Below are positions 25,601-40,667 of a stretch of 64,000 bases of DNA, piece by piece; position 1 is the stretch's first letter, and each line of letters opens with the position of its first letter. The notes beneath the pieces are model-generated. The model did not search any database and was not told the origin of the DNA. It was given only the letters and a program-made list of their open reading frames with translations. This stretch comes from Eledone cirrhosa (Eukaryota): NCBI GenBank assembly GCA_964016885.1, contig OZ024742.1, positions 130,014,001 through 130,078,000 of the forward strand, written 5' to 3'. A program made the position numbers and the translations under genes.

Positions 25601-28600
25601 ACATACACATACACACATTACATACATATACACACATTACATACACATACACACATTACATACACATACACACATTACATACATATACACACATTACATA
25701 CACATACACACATTACATACACATACACACATTACATACACATACACACATTACATACACATACACACATTACATACACATACACACATTACATACACAT
25801 ACACACATTACATACACATACACACATTACATACACATACACACATTACATACACATACACACATTACATACACATACACACATTACATACACATAAACA
25901 CATTACATACATATACACACATTACACACACATACACACATTACATACACATACACACATTACATACACATACACACATTACATACACATACACACATTA
26001 CATACACATACACACATTACATACACATACGCACATTACATACACACATTACATACACATACACACATTACACACACATACACACATTACATACACATAC
26101 ACACATTACACACACATACACACATTACATACACATACACACATTACATACACATACACACATTACATACACATACACACATTACATACACATACACACA
26201 TTACATACACATACACACATTACATACACATACACACATTACATACACATACACACATTACACACACATACACACATTACATACACATACACACATTACA
26301 TACACATACACACATTACATACACATACACACATTACATACACATAAACACATTACATACATATACACACATTACACACACATACACACATTACATACAC
26401 ATACACACATTACATACACATACACACATTACATACACATACACACATTACATACACATACACACATTACATACACATACACACATTACATACACATACA
26501 CACATTACACACACATACACACATTACATACACATACACACATTACACACACATACACACATTACATACACATACACACATTACATACACATACACACAT
26601 TACATACACATACACACATTACATACACATACACACATTACATACACATACACACATTACATACACATACACACATTACATACACACATTACATACACAT
26701 ACACACATTACATACACATACACACATTACACACACACACACACATTACATACACATACACACATTACATTCACATACACACATTACATACACATACACA
26801 CATTACATACACATACACACATTACATACACATACACACATTACATACATGTACACATACACACATGTACACACACACATTACATACACATACACACATT
26901 ACATACACACATTACATACACATACACACATTACATACACATACACACATTACATACACACATTACATACACATACACACATTACATACATGTACACATA
27001 CACACATGTACACACACACATTACATACACATACACACATTACATACACATACACACATTACATACACATACACACATTACATACACATACGCACATTAC
27101 ATACATATACACACATTACACACACATACACACATTACATACACATACACACATTACATACACATACACACATTACATACACATACACACATTACACACA
27201 CATACACACATTACATACACGCATACACACATTACATACATATACACACATTACACACACATACACACATTACATACACATACACACATTACATACACAT
27301 ACACACATTACATACACATACACACATTACATACACACATTACATACACATACACACGTTACATACACACACACATTACATACACATACCCACATTACAT
27401 ACACATACACACATTACATACACATACACACGTTACATACACATACACACATTACATACACATACACACATTACATACACATACACACATTACATACACA
27501 TACACACGTTACATACACACACACACATTACATACACATACACACATTACATACACATACACACATTACATACACATACACACATTACATACACATACAC
27601 ACGTTACATACACATACACACATTACATACACATACACACATTACATACACATACACACATTACATACACACATTACATACAAATACACACATTACATAC
27701 ACATACACACATTACATACACATACACACACATTACATACACACACATTACATACATGTACACACACATTACATACACACACATTACATACATGTACACA
27801 CACATTACATACACACACATATTACATACACACACATTACATACATATACACACACATCACATACACACAGTACATACATGTACACACACATTACATACA
27901 CACACACATTAAATACACACACACATTACATACACACACATTACATACATGTACACACACATTACATACACATACACACATTACATACATGTACCCACAC
28001 ACACATGTACACACACACACATTACATACTTGTACACACACATTACATACATGTACACACACATTACATACACATACACATATTACATACATGTACACAC
28101 ACACACATGTACACACAATTACATACACATACACACATTACATACACACACATTACATACACACATTACATACACACACATTACATACATGTACACACAC
28201 ATACAATACATACACACAATACATACACACACACATTACATACTTGTACACACACATTACATACATGTACACACGCACACATGTACACACACATTACATA
28301 CACACACACACACACATTACCTACACACACACATTACACACATGTACACACACATTACATACACACACATTACATACACACACATTATAATCACACACAT
28401 TACATACACACACATTACATACATGTACACACACACATTACATACACACACACACATTACCTACACACACACATTACACACATATTACATACACACACAC
28501 ATTACATACACACACATTATAATCACACACATTACATACACACACATTACATACATGTACACACACACACATTACATACACACACACATTACATACATGT

Positions 28601-29030
28601 ACACACATATACATACATGTACACACACATTATATACATGTACACACACATTACATACATGTACACACACACATTACATACATGTACACACATACACATG
28701 TACACACACACACATTACATACATGTACATATTACATACATGTATACACACATATACATACATGTACACACACATTACATACATGTACATATTACATACA
28801 TGTACACACACATATACATACATGTACACACACATTACATACATGTACACACACATTATATACATGTACACACACATTACATACATGTACACACACATTA
28901 CATACATGTACACATACATTACATACATGTACACAGACATTGCATACATGTACACACACACATTACATACATGTAAACACACACACACACATTACATACA
29001 TGTACACACACATAGAGATGCAAACACATA
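19668..29030. repeat. 19-bp satellite (CATTACATACACATACACA)n, homogeneous to ~26850 then degenerating
   Basis: Direct reading; about 7 kb of homogeneous array followed by catgtaca-rich derived units. Confidence 0.95.
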
Positions 29031-29047
29031 CATATACACAGAAACAT

Positions 29048-29456
29048 GGTGGCTGCCAACTCGTTTTCGAGTACGGCCACTACTATATATCCATGTAGGA
29101 GAACCCCTACCGATGCGCTGAACGAGTGTGACTTTTTAGTCCAGCCAGCGACTTGAAAACTCTGGTACAAACACTACACCTGTGACAATCATTGACACAT
29201 AGTGCTGGGCCCATGGTACCATGTGACGACAAGTGCAGAGAGATCTCCAGATATAAAGCAATGCCTGTGCCATGAAGCTTTTATAGTGAGCAAAGGCACT
29301 GCACAAAGCCAGTCCCACTCTCTTAACCAAGATGATATTTACCAAAAAGAAGAACAAGTCAACATCATTGGATACCATCAGGGTTGCAGGTGTTATATCA
29401 GAGTTTTCCTTCTCCTAGAATTCTGCCTTGACAAAGGCTAAGGGGTCATCTCTCCC
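29048..29456 (-). mobile_element. Partial copy of the non-coding interspersed element at 54051-54660
   Basis: Very high identity to 54051-54459, same terminus ggtggctgccaac. Confidence 0.8.
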
Positions 29457-29459
29457 GGA

Positions 29460-31585
29460 AACATACATACATGTATACACACAGAAACATACATACATGT
29501 ATACACACACACACATGCGTACATGTGTACACACACAATCATATACACACACAACAAACACACACACATATGTACATGTATACACACACAATCATATACA
29601 CACACAACAAACACCCACACATACATACATACATACATGTAAACACTCACACAGAGACACAAACCAACACACATAAACACACATACATACGTACATGTAG
29701 ACACAAACACATGCATACATGTACATACTCAAACACACACACACACACATGTACACACACACGCACTTATACATACATGTACACACTCAAACATACACAG
29801 AAATGCAAACACATACACATACAAACACACACACAGATGTAAACACTCACACACACATACAAATGTAAACACTCACTCACACACACAGATGCAAACACAG
29901 ACACACGCACATTCACATAGAGCTAGAGACAAACACATACACATATACACACAAACACACACACTCACACACACAGAGCTAGAGACAAACACACACATAT
30001 ACACGCAAACATAAACACTCACAGACAGATGCAAACACACACACACACACACACATTCACACAGAGCTAGAGACAAACACATACACATATACACACAAAC
30101 ACACACAGACAGTTGCAAACACTGACACATGCACACACATTCACACAGAGCTAGAGACAAACACATACACATATACACACACACACAGACAGATGCAAAC
30201 ACTGACACACGCACACATTCACACAGAGCTAGAGACAAACACATACACATATACACACCAACACACACACACAGACAGTTGCAAACACTGTCACACGCAC
30301 ACACAGACAGTTGCAAACACTGTCACACGCACACACATTCACACAGAGCTAGAGACAAACACATACACATATACACACAAACACACACACTCACACACAC
30401 AGAGCTAGAGACAAACACATACACACAAACACACACACACAGACAGATGCAAACACTGACACACGCACACACATTCATACAGAGCTAGAGACAAACACAT
30501 ACACATATACACACATACACACACACACAGACAGATGCAAACACTGACACACACACACACATTCATACAGAGCTAGAGACAAACACATACACATATACAC
30601 ACACACAGATGCAAATACTGACACACGCACACACATTCACACAGAGCTAGAGACAAACACATACACACAAACACACAAACACACACACACAGACACACAG
30701 ACACACAGACAGATGCAAACACTGACACACACACACATTCACACAGAGCTCGAGACAAACACATACACATTTACACACAAACACAGACAGATGCAAACAC
30801 TGACTACACGCACACACATTCACACAGAGCTAGAGACAAACACATACACATATACACACAAACACACACAGACAGTTGCAAACACTGACACATGCACACA
30901 CATTCACACAGAGCTAGAGACAAACACATACACATATACACACACACACAGACAGATGCAAACACTGACACACGCACACATTCACACAGAGCTAGAGACA
31001 AACACATACACATATACACACACACAGATGCAAATACTGACACACGCACACACATTCACACAGAGCTAGAGACAAACACATACACACAAACACACAAACA
31101 CACACACACAGACACACAGACAGATGCAAACACTGACACACACACACATTCATACAGAGCTAGAGACAAACACATACACATATACAGACAAACACACACA
31201 CACAGACAGATGCAAACACTGACACACACACACACATTCACACATAGCTAGAGACAAACACATACACATATACACACAAACACAGACAGATGCAAACACT
31301 GACACACGCACACACACACATTCATACAGAGCTAGAGACAAACACATACACATATACAGACAAACACACACACACAGACAGATGCAAACACTGACACACA
31401 CACACATTCACACAGAGCTAGAGACAAACACATACACATATACACACAAACACAGACAGATGCAAACACTGACACACACACACAGACACATTCATACAGA
31501 GCTAGAGACAAACACATACACATATACAGACAAACACACACACACAGACAGATGCAAACAATGACACACATTCACACAGAGCTCA
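29460..31585. repeat. CA-rich compound minisatellite (cacattcacacagagctagagacaaacacatacac..gatgcaaacactga)
   Basis: Recurring gagctagagacaaac and gatgcaaacactg anchors with variable (CA)n. Confidence 0.9.
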
Positions 31586-31896
31586 TTGGAGTAACATTAA
31601 ACTGTGCCATTAGAGGAAAGAGTTAGTATAGAGGCACATTGAGCTTTATTTCAGAAGTAATCAATAATTCTATAGTTACTGAAACTCCATCAATATTTCA
31701 AACTGAAAACAAAAATTCTGTATGATAATGATTTTAATTTTTTTTTAAATAAATAAATAATACAAAAAAATCTACTTCCCCTCCCCCTCCTCTCTCCTTT
31801 CTCTTTGTCATCTGTCATGGTGGTAGCATTTGTTGAAGCCATCATCAACATCTGAAACAATAGTTCTTAAAATCTATCGTAATTTCAAAACCTTCC

Positions 31897-34800
31897 TATC
31901 ATCATCATCATCATCATCATCACTAACATCACTACCATCACCACTATCACCACCACCCACACCAATACCACCACCACCACCACTGTCACCACCACCACCA
32001 CTATCAACACAGCCACCATAACCACCACCACCCACACCAATACCACCACCATCACTGTCACCACCACCACCACTATCAACACAGCCACCATAACCACCAC
32101 CACCCACACCAATACCACCACCACCACTGTCACCACCACCACCAACACTATCAACACAGCCACCATAACCACCACCACCCACACCAATACCACCACCACC
32201 ACTGTCACCACCACCAACACTATCAACACAGCCACCATAACCACCACCACCCACACCAATACCACCACCACCACTGTCACCACCACCAACACTATCAACA
32301 CAGCCACCATAACCACCACCACCCACACCAATACCACCACCACCACTGTCACCACCACCAACACTATCAACACAGCCACCATAACCACCACCACCCACAC
32401 CAATACCACCACCATCACTGTCACCACCACCAACACTATCAACACAGCCACCATAACCACCACCACCCACACCAATACCACCACCACCACTGTCACCACC
32501 ACCAACACTATCAACACAGCCACCATAACCACCACCACCCACACCAATACCACCACCACCACCACTGTCACCACCACCAACACTATCAACACAGCCACCA
32601 TAACCACCACCACCCACACCAATACCACCACCACCACTGTCACCACCACCAACACTATCAACACAACCACCATAACCACCACCACCCACACCAATACCAC
32701 CACCACCACTGTCACCACCACCAACACTATCAACACAGCCACCATAACCACCACCACCCACACCAATACCACCACCACCCACACCAATACCACCACCATC
32801 ACTGTCACCACCACCAACACAATCAACACAGCCACCATAACCACCACCACCCACACCAATACCACCACCACCACCACTGTCACCACCACCAACACTATCA
32901 ACACAGCCACCATAACCACCACCACCCACACCAATACCACCACCACCACTGTCACCACCACCAACACTATCAACACAGCCACCATAACCACCACCACCCA
33001 CACCAATACCACCACCACCACCACTGTCACCACCACCAACACTATCAACACAGCCACCATAACCACCACCACCCACACCAATACCACCACCACCACTGTC
33101 ACCACCACCAACACTATCAACACAGCCACCATAACCACCACCACCCACACCAATACCACCACCACCACTGTCACCACCACCACCACTATCAACACAGCCA
33201 CCATAACCACCACCACCCACACCAATACCACCACCATCACTGTCACCACCACCAACACAATCAACACAGCCACCATAACCACCACCACCCACACCAATAC
33301 CACCACCACCCACACCAATACCACCACCATCACTGTCACCACCACCAACACAATCAACACAGCCACCATAACCACCACCACCCACACCAATACCACCACC
33401 ACCACTGTCACCACCACCAACACTATCAACACAGCCACCATAACCACCACCACCCACACCAATACCACCACCACCACTGTCACCACCACCAACACTATCA
33501 ACACAGCCACCATAACCACCACCACCCACACCAATACCACCACCACCACCACTGTCACCACCACCAACACTATCAACACAGCCACCATAACCACCACCAC
33601 CCACACCAATACCACCACCACCACTGTCACCACCACCAACACTATCAACACAACCACCATAACCACCACCACCCACACCAATACCACCACCACCACTGTC
33701 ACCACCACCAACACTATCAACACAGCCACCATAACCACCACCACCCACACCAATACCACCACCACCCACACCAATACCACCACCATCACTGTCACCACCA
33801 CCAACACAATCAACACAGCCACCATAACCACCACCACCCACACCAATACCACCACCACCCACACCAATACCACCACCATCACTGTCACCACCACCAACAC
33901 TATCAACACAGCCACCATAACCACCACCACCCACACCAATACCACCACCACCCACACCAATACCACCACCACCACTGTCACCACCACCAACACTATCAAC
34001 ACAGCCACCATAACCACCACCACCCACACCAATACCACCACCACCCACACCAATACCACCACCACCACCAATACCACCACCACCAACACTATCAACACAG
34101 CCACCATAACCACCACCACCCACACCAATACCACCACCACCCACACCAATACCACCACCACCACTGTCACCACCACCAACACTATCAACACAGCCACCAT
34201 AACCACCACCACCCACACCAATACCACCACCACCCACACCAATACCACCACCACCACCAATACCACCACCACCAACACTATCAACACAGCCACCATAACC
34301 ACCACCACCCACACCAATACCACCACCACCACTGTCACCACCACCACCACTATCAACACAGCCACCATAACCACCACCACCCACACCAATACCACCACCA
34401 CCACCAATACCACCACCACCAACACTATCAACACAGCCACCATAACCACCACCACCCACACCAATACCACCACCACCACTGTCACCACCACCAACACTAT
34501 CAACACAGCCACCATAACCACCACCACCCACACCAATACCACCACCACCACTGTCACCACCACCAACACTATCAACACAGCCACCATAACCACCACCACC
34601 CACACCAATACCACCACCACCACTGTCACCACCACCAACACTATCAACACAGCCACCATAACCACCACCACCCACACCAATACCACCACCACCACTGTCA
34701 CCACCACCAACACTATCAACACAGCCACCATAACCACCACCACCCACACCAATACCACCACCACCACCACTGTCACCACCACCAACACTATCAACACAGC

Positions 34801-35763
34801 CACCATAACCACCACCACCCACACCAATACCACCACCACCACTGTCACCACCACCAACACTATCAACACAGCCACCATAACCACCACCACCCACACCAAT
34901 ACCACCACCACCACTGTCACCACCACCACCACTATCAACACAGCCACCATAACCACCACCACCCACACCAATACCACCACCATCACTGTCACCACCACCA
35001 ACACAATCAACACAGCCACCATAACCACCACCACCCACACCAATACCACCACCATCACTGTCACCACCACCAACACAATCAACACAGCCACCATAACCAC
35101 CACCACCCACACCAATACCACCACCACCCACACCAATACCACCACCATCACTGTCACCACCACCAACACAATCAACACAGCCACCATAACCACCACCACC
35201 CACACCAATACCACCACCACCACCACTGTCACTACCACCAACACTATCAACACAGCCACCATAACCACCACCACCCACACCAATACCACCACCACCACTG
35301 TCACCACCACCAACACTATCAACACAGCCACCATAACCACCACCACCCACACCAATACCACCACCACCACTGTCACCACCACCAACACTATCAACACAGC
35401 CACCATAACCACCACCACCCACACCAATACCACCACCATCACTGTCACCACCACCAACACAATCAACACAGCCACCATAACCACCACCACCCACACCATA
35501 ACCACCACCACCCACACCAATACCACCCACACCATAACCACCACCACCCACACCAATACCACCACCACCACCACCACCCACTCCAATACCAACACCACCA
35601 CTACAGCCAATACCACCAATACCATCACCACCACCAACAACAACACCACAACCACCACCATCACCACCATCACCACGGCCACCACTACCACCACCACCAC
35701 AACCACTACCATTGCAACCATCACTACCACCACCACCAACACAACCATTAACATCACCACCAT
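31897..35763. repeat. 72-bp CCA-based minisatellite (about 45-50 units)
   Basis: cataa anchors 72 bp apart (e.g. 32164, 32236); length variants in multiples of 3. Confidence 0.95.
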
Positions 35764-35944
35764 TTAATATCTATTTTTCATTTTTGCATGAATTAAAACA
35801 GTTGCTACAGTCTGATACTAGACCAGTCAGTCAACACAGACTCACAAATAGAATCCATTTTGGAGGGATGGATTCTATGGCTAAATGCCCTTCCTAACAC
35901 CAACCACTTTACAGAGTGTACTGGGAGCATTTTACCATGGCCCC

Positions 35945-36760
35945 TCATCATCATCATCAACGTTTTACATCCGTTCTTCCATGCTATCATGGGTTAGACG
36001 GGTTGTCCTCTTGTGGGCAGCTGGATGCCCTTCCTAACACCAATCTCATTTACAGTGAGTGCTGGGTGCTTTTTCCGTGGCGCCTACACGTCCACTTTAC
36101 AGTGTGGGCTGGGTGCTTTTTTGCCGTGGCACCTCCACGACCACCTTGCAGTGGGAGGGTGTGGGGGCATATTGTCTATATGCTTTCAGCTTGTACCCAT
36201 GGGAGGTCGGGTACTCTGTATTACTGCATGACGCCAGAGGTCACGGTTGTGTGTCACCGCCTTTGAGAGGTGTAATTGGGTAAGGTCGGCTTTTATCACC
36301 TCATCCCAGGTCTTCTTGGGTCTCCTCACTCCGCGGTTTCCATTGACTTCTAGTGCTCTGCACCTTTTTATGCAGCTGTCATCCTTCATCCGCATCACAT
36401 GTCCATACCAACGCAACCACCTCTCCTGCACACAGCATTTGATTCCTCTTATGCTCAGTCTCTCTCTCAATTCATTTATGCTTTGTCGTTCATGTATATT
36501 ACTATTACACATCCAACGGCCCATGCAGGCTTCGTTTCTTTCTAATCTACATAAGTCTTCCACTTTCAGCGCCCAGGTCTCACTACCATGTAACATTGCT
36601 GTTCGGATACACGCATCATACAGTCTGCCTTTCATTTTGAGGGAGAAGCCTTTTGCAGCTAGCAGTGACAGTAGTTCCCTGAACTTCTTCCATCCTGTTC
36701 TTACCCTAGTTATTGTACTTTCTGAACACCCACCTCCGCTGCTAATTCGGTCACCCTACA
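35945..36760 (-). mobile_element. RTE LINE 3' fragment (36186-36760) abutting an S2-type SINE tail (35945-36155)
   Basis: KGRLYDACIRTAMLHGSETW..LRWYGHVMRM..RPKKTW, related to 13430-13860. Confidence 0.85.
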
Positions 36761-38137
36761 CAACCATTTAACAAGGTGGACTAGGTACTTTTTTTATAGT
36801 GGAACCAGTACTACCAACATTACAGAGTTGACTGGATGCATTTTATCGTGGACCCAACACTATCCTATTACAACACTATAAATATATATCTATCTATTTA
36901 TCTCTAGACATACTCTTCGTACTCCAGGAGATGAGGGTTCCCCCTTTTTTAGGGGGTATGTGTTACCCATATGAACTTTCTCCCCATATTTGGGAAAATC
37001 GACTAATTTTTTTAATTGAATTTGTGATAACATTTTACATGTTTTTATTGTATGTAAACTTCTCCCTTTGTATTTGTCCCCTTCTTTTGTGCCCCTGTGG
37101 CTAATAAAGAAACATATCTATTTATCTCTATACATCTATCATTTTCTGTCAATCACTATATATCATCTCAGGTCGACCTGCTAGAAATAACAGCCATATC
37201 TCACTCAAATCCTATGAAACGAAAGGGCACATTGTGTAATGTAGTCTTGAGCTACCAGGACTGGATGTGCCTAGCTGGAGTGCTTTTGATCATCTACTAA
37301 AATCTTAACTGACCAAGGGTTAAACAACAATAACAACATAACTATACAGAGAGATGGGGAGGGCAAGAGAGATGGAGGTGATGACAGTGGGAGATCGGCT
37401 CTACCACGTTCATGTTTGTGTTCATTATCTATAGATATATATATACACTCTCAAGCATCAACACAAATAAGACAGAAACACAAAACACATACTTGAAACG
37501 TTGAAATCCAAACACAGAATCACTACAATGATAACAGCATATAGAAGATAGTTACCATAACCTTCTCTTTTCATCAGACACCAGAAAAGTTATAGGTAAA
37601 TCCAAAACCTAACAGCCTCAGGGCCTAAAATATTTACAAACAGCGATTATTTTAACATACAGTTGTCTCCTGTTTGTACCATTCTAAATCTAATTTTGTG
37701 CACTAAGTTTACATTTTCTGTTAAATACTACATTGCACTTGATAAATGATGGTTAAAAGACTTAAAACACTCGTTTTTAACAAATCTAAATGAGATCCCA
37801 GACCTCATTTGCTTACCGAAGGTGATGGAACTCATCAGATTGGACTAAGGAAACAATTGCTCTTTCCAATTCTGATACTATCTACTGTTCATAACCCCTG
37901 TTAAAAATAACCATTACAAATGCTTTTCAGACTCAGAGAATAACAAACCCTAAGTCATGGAGCCTACTTTAAAGTTTGTGCTGTTCTAAAATTTCCTTAA
38001 ATTAAACTGTGTTTACAAACATACATTTAAGGAATTAAGAAAGAATCCAACTATAGAAACCATGCTAAAACTGAAACATATGAATGTTGAGACGGAGCCC
38101 TCAGCCAGTCTAAGAGGACAGTAGCTCTGATGGTTAA

Positions 38138-38345
38138 CCCTTTAGCATTTAAACTGGCCATATCTGGCCAGAATTCTCTCACCTTTTTCTGTTTAAACCA
38201 GCTGTAGCCAGCCACTTATATTGATGTTAAGGTACTGTTCTCAAAATAAATAACAACAAAATCTCATAGATTTGATATTATGTAAGATAAAGCCTTTACT
38301 ACGAAAATACAATAGTAAATATAGAGTAATGTAAATGCTAAAGGG
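38138..38345. mobile_element. piggyBac-type MITE
   Basis: TTAA|CCCTTTAGCATTTA ... TAAATGCTAAAGGG|TTAA (14-bp TIR, TTAA TSD); possible degenerate relatives near 47365, 48592 and 61692. Confidence 0.8.
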
Positions 38346-38751
38346 TTAAGTACTGACATAATTTGTAACAACCTGTCTGACCCATGCTAGCATAAAAAAA
38401 TGGATGTAAAACAATGAAAAGTCATAATGAAAATAGGCCTGAAACTTCAATTAACTAAAAATTTAAACAAAGATTTATTTCATTTATTTAATTAAAGCAG
38501 TAATTGTTATTACCAGACAGTCAAATTCCTATGGCAATTGTTAAAGTCACTCTCCAGTAGACTTTTAGTCAAACTTGTAGTGGTGGAACTGTCTAATATC
38601 CTGGGTCTCTGACGGCAGGATTTATAGGGAGATGTGGGGGTGAATGCCCTAGGGCACCCTCATCAAACAGAGCCCTACACCATTTCCGAACAGGTCCCTT
38701 TCTTCTTTCTCTCTCTCTCTTCCAGCTTATGTGTGTATATATATGTGTGTG

Positions 38752-38788
<37 letters not shown>

Positions 38789-38987
38789 CAAACATCACGG
38801 GCGCTCTATCTGAAAATTATTTTTAAAAAGCATTAGAAATGCGCAACCGGTAAAACTTAAAACCAAAACTGAATACTAACCAATACTATTACTAATTTTT
38901 ACTTATTCCTAATTAAACTATTTTTCACTGGGAACAATTTGTCAGCATTTTCTTTTCCTTTTACCAATATATATATATATATATATA

Positions 38988-39204
38988 CGTTATTCCGGGT
39001 TGAATCGGAGGTAACCACAGTAAGTAAGGTACTCAATACATAGCAGAGTATAACAGTTTTAATATAGATGAGATTCTACAGGACTAGAACTGTTTCATTC
39101 ATTAGAAATCAGATTCCTGTTTCATTCATTAGAAATCAGATTCCTGATGATTTCTAATGAATGAAACAGTTCTAGTCCTGTAGAATCTCATCTATATTAA
39201 AACT
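38988..39204 (+). mobile_element. Hairpin PLE-end element H4
   Basis: Near-identical to 5977-6153; flanked by (TA)n. Confidence 0.8.
39138..39188 (+). ncRNA. Type I hammerhead ribozyme (H4), canonical core
   Basis: AGATTC CTGATGA tTTC-taat-GAAt GAAA CAG-ttctagtc-CTG TA GAATCT: 6-bp stem I, 4-bp stem III, GUA site. Confidence 0.75.
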
Positions 39205-39227
39205 ATATATATATATATATATATGTG

Positions 39228-39262
<35 letters not shown>

Positions 39263-39297
39263 CTGTGTGTGTGTATATGTATATATATGCGTTTGTG

Positions 39298-39392
<95 letters not shown>

Positions 39393-39422
39393 ATATGTGT
39401 GTGTATATATATATATGTGTGT

Positions 39423-39457
<35 letters not shown>

Positions 39458-39487
39458 CGGTGGCCTCCTCATATAACAAAACAAATG

Positions 39488-39541
<54 letters not shown>

Positions 39542-40004
39542 CACACGCACACATACATACCTATGTGTATATGTATATGTGTATATGTGTGTGTGTTTTG
39601 CTATATGAGGGGCCTGCTCCAGGTCCTCCAAGGTCTAAATCTGGTCCTGGTTCTCTGACCTACTTCTCTACTGTGATTGGGATGGAGTGAGCCACCCACA
39701 AGAACTAGAATTGGACTAGCTCTTTAAGCACATCTCTCTCGACATCCTCTAGAGTAATAAATTCACCAGGGCCATGAAGTAACAACTATAGATACAATTG
39801 GTAACTAAATTTTAAAATATGTTAGCCACAGTGCAAATAACTGTAAATAGTAGTTGATAATTATAAGTAATAATTGAATAAGTTGGATAAAACACCCTTT
39901 GAGGATGAAAAGAAGTGGTCAGAGGTGTGTGGTTCGATTCCTATTATCTGTAGTTCCAGTTGCAATCTTCCTAAAATGTTTTAATTCCTAATATCCTGTA
40001 CCTC

Positions 40005-40435
40005 ATGAAACCACATTAGCAAGACATTCTTAAAAAATACAAAATATCACTATGACTGCATCACATTAAAAATTGAAGTTTCTTCTTTAGTTTTCTAAAA
40101 ATTCTGAGAATGATCTGCTCACTTGTAAGATATTATAAACATTTGAATTAACAAAACATATGATACCACATTAACAATATATTCTTGTAAAGTTCAACAC
40201 ATCACAATGACTGCATCACATTAGAAATTAGTCTTTAGTTTTCTAAAAATGTTAAGAATGATCTGTTCACTTGTAAGATATTATAAACATTTGAATTAAC
40301 AAACCACATTAACAAAACATTCTTGTAAACAACAACACAGTGCTACCTTACATTAAAAATAAATTAGTTTACTGGAAATTTTCAGTGATCTATCCACTAG
40401 TAAAGATACTATAAATATATGAATTAAAAAATCTG
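40005..40435. repeat. Degenerate tandem triplication (~140-170 bp); another copy at ~42955-43060
   Basis: Repeated accacatta..tgactgcatcacatta..gatattataaacatttgaattaac. Confidence 0.6.
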
Positions 40436-40483
40436 TTTTTAAATATTTTCTACTAAATCCTTATTGAATGTTAAGAGTTAATT

Positions 40484-40667
40484 AATTGTTTCTACTTTTT
40501 GGCACAAGGCAACCAATTACCCAGTGCATTACTGGTACTTTATTTTATCGACCCTGTAAGGATGAAAGGCAAAGTTAACCTCGGCGGGATTTGAACTCAG
40601 AATGGCAAGGGCCGTAACTCTATGCGTCAAAGCATGGCATCCGACCCTCTACCGATACTGCCAATCC
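40484..40667 (-). mobile_element. SINE family S1
   Basis: Reverse complement of the S1 consensus. Confidence 0.9.

Noticed and set aside
16913-31571. Long His/Thr/Tyr- and Cys/Val-rich ORFs
   Set aside because: Translations of CA/TG satellites; open in several frames simply because the repeats lack stop codons
31885-35763. 1292-aa Val-rich ORF with ATG
   Set aside because: Alternative frame of the (GGT)n-based minisatellite; implausible all-hydrophobic composition
37817-37897. Candidate minus-strand exon (ttttaacag| ... CG|gtaagc), phase-compatible with the IQCG exon
   Set aside because: Stops in all three frames and no IQCG similarity; at most a non-coding exon
38610-39650. Possible MITE ends (ggcaggattta ... 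taaatctggtcctg)
   Set aside because: TIR match too degenerate and no TSD found
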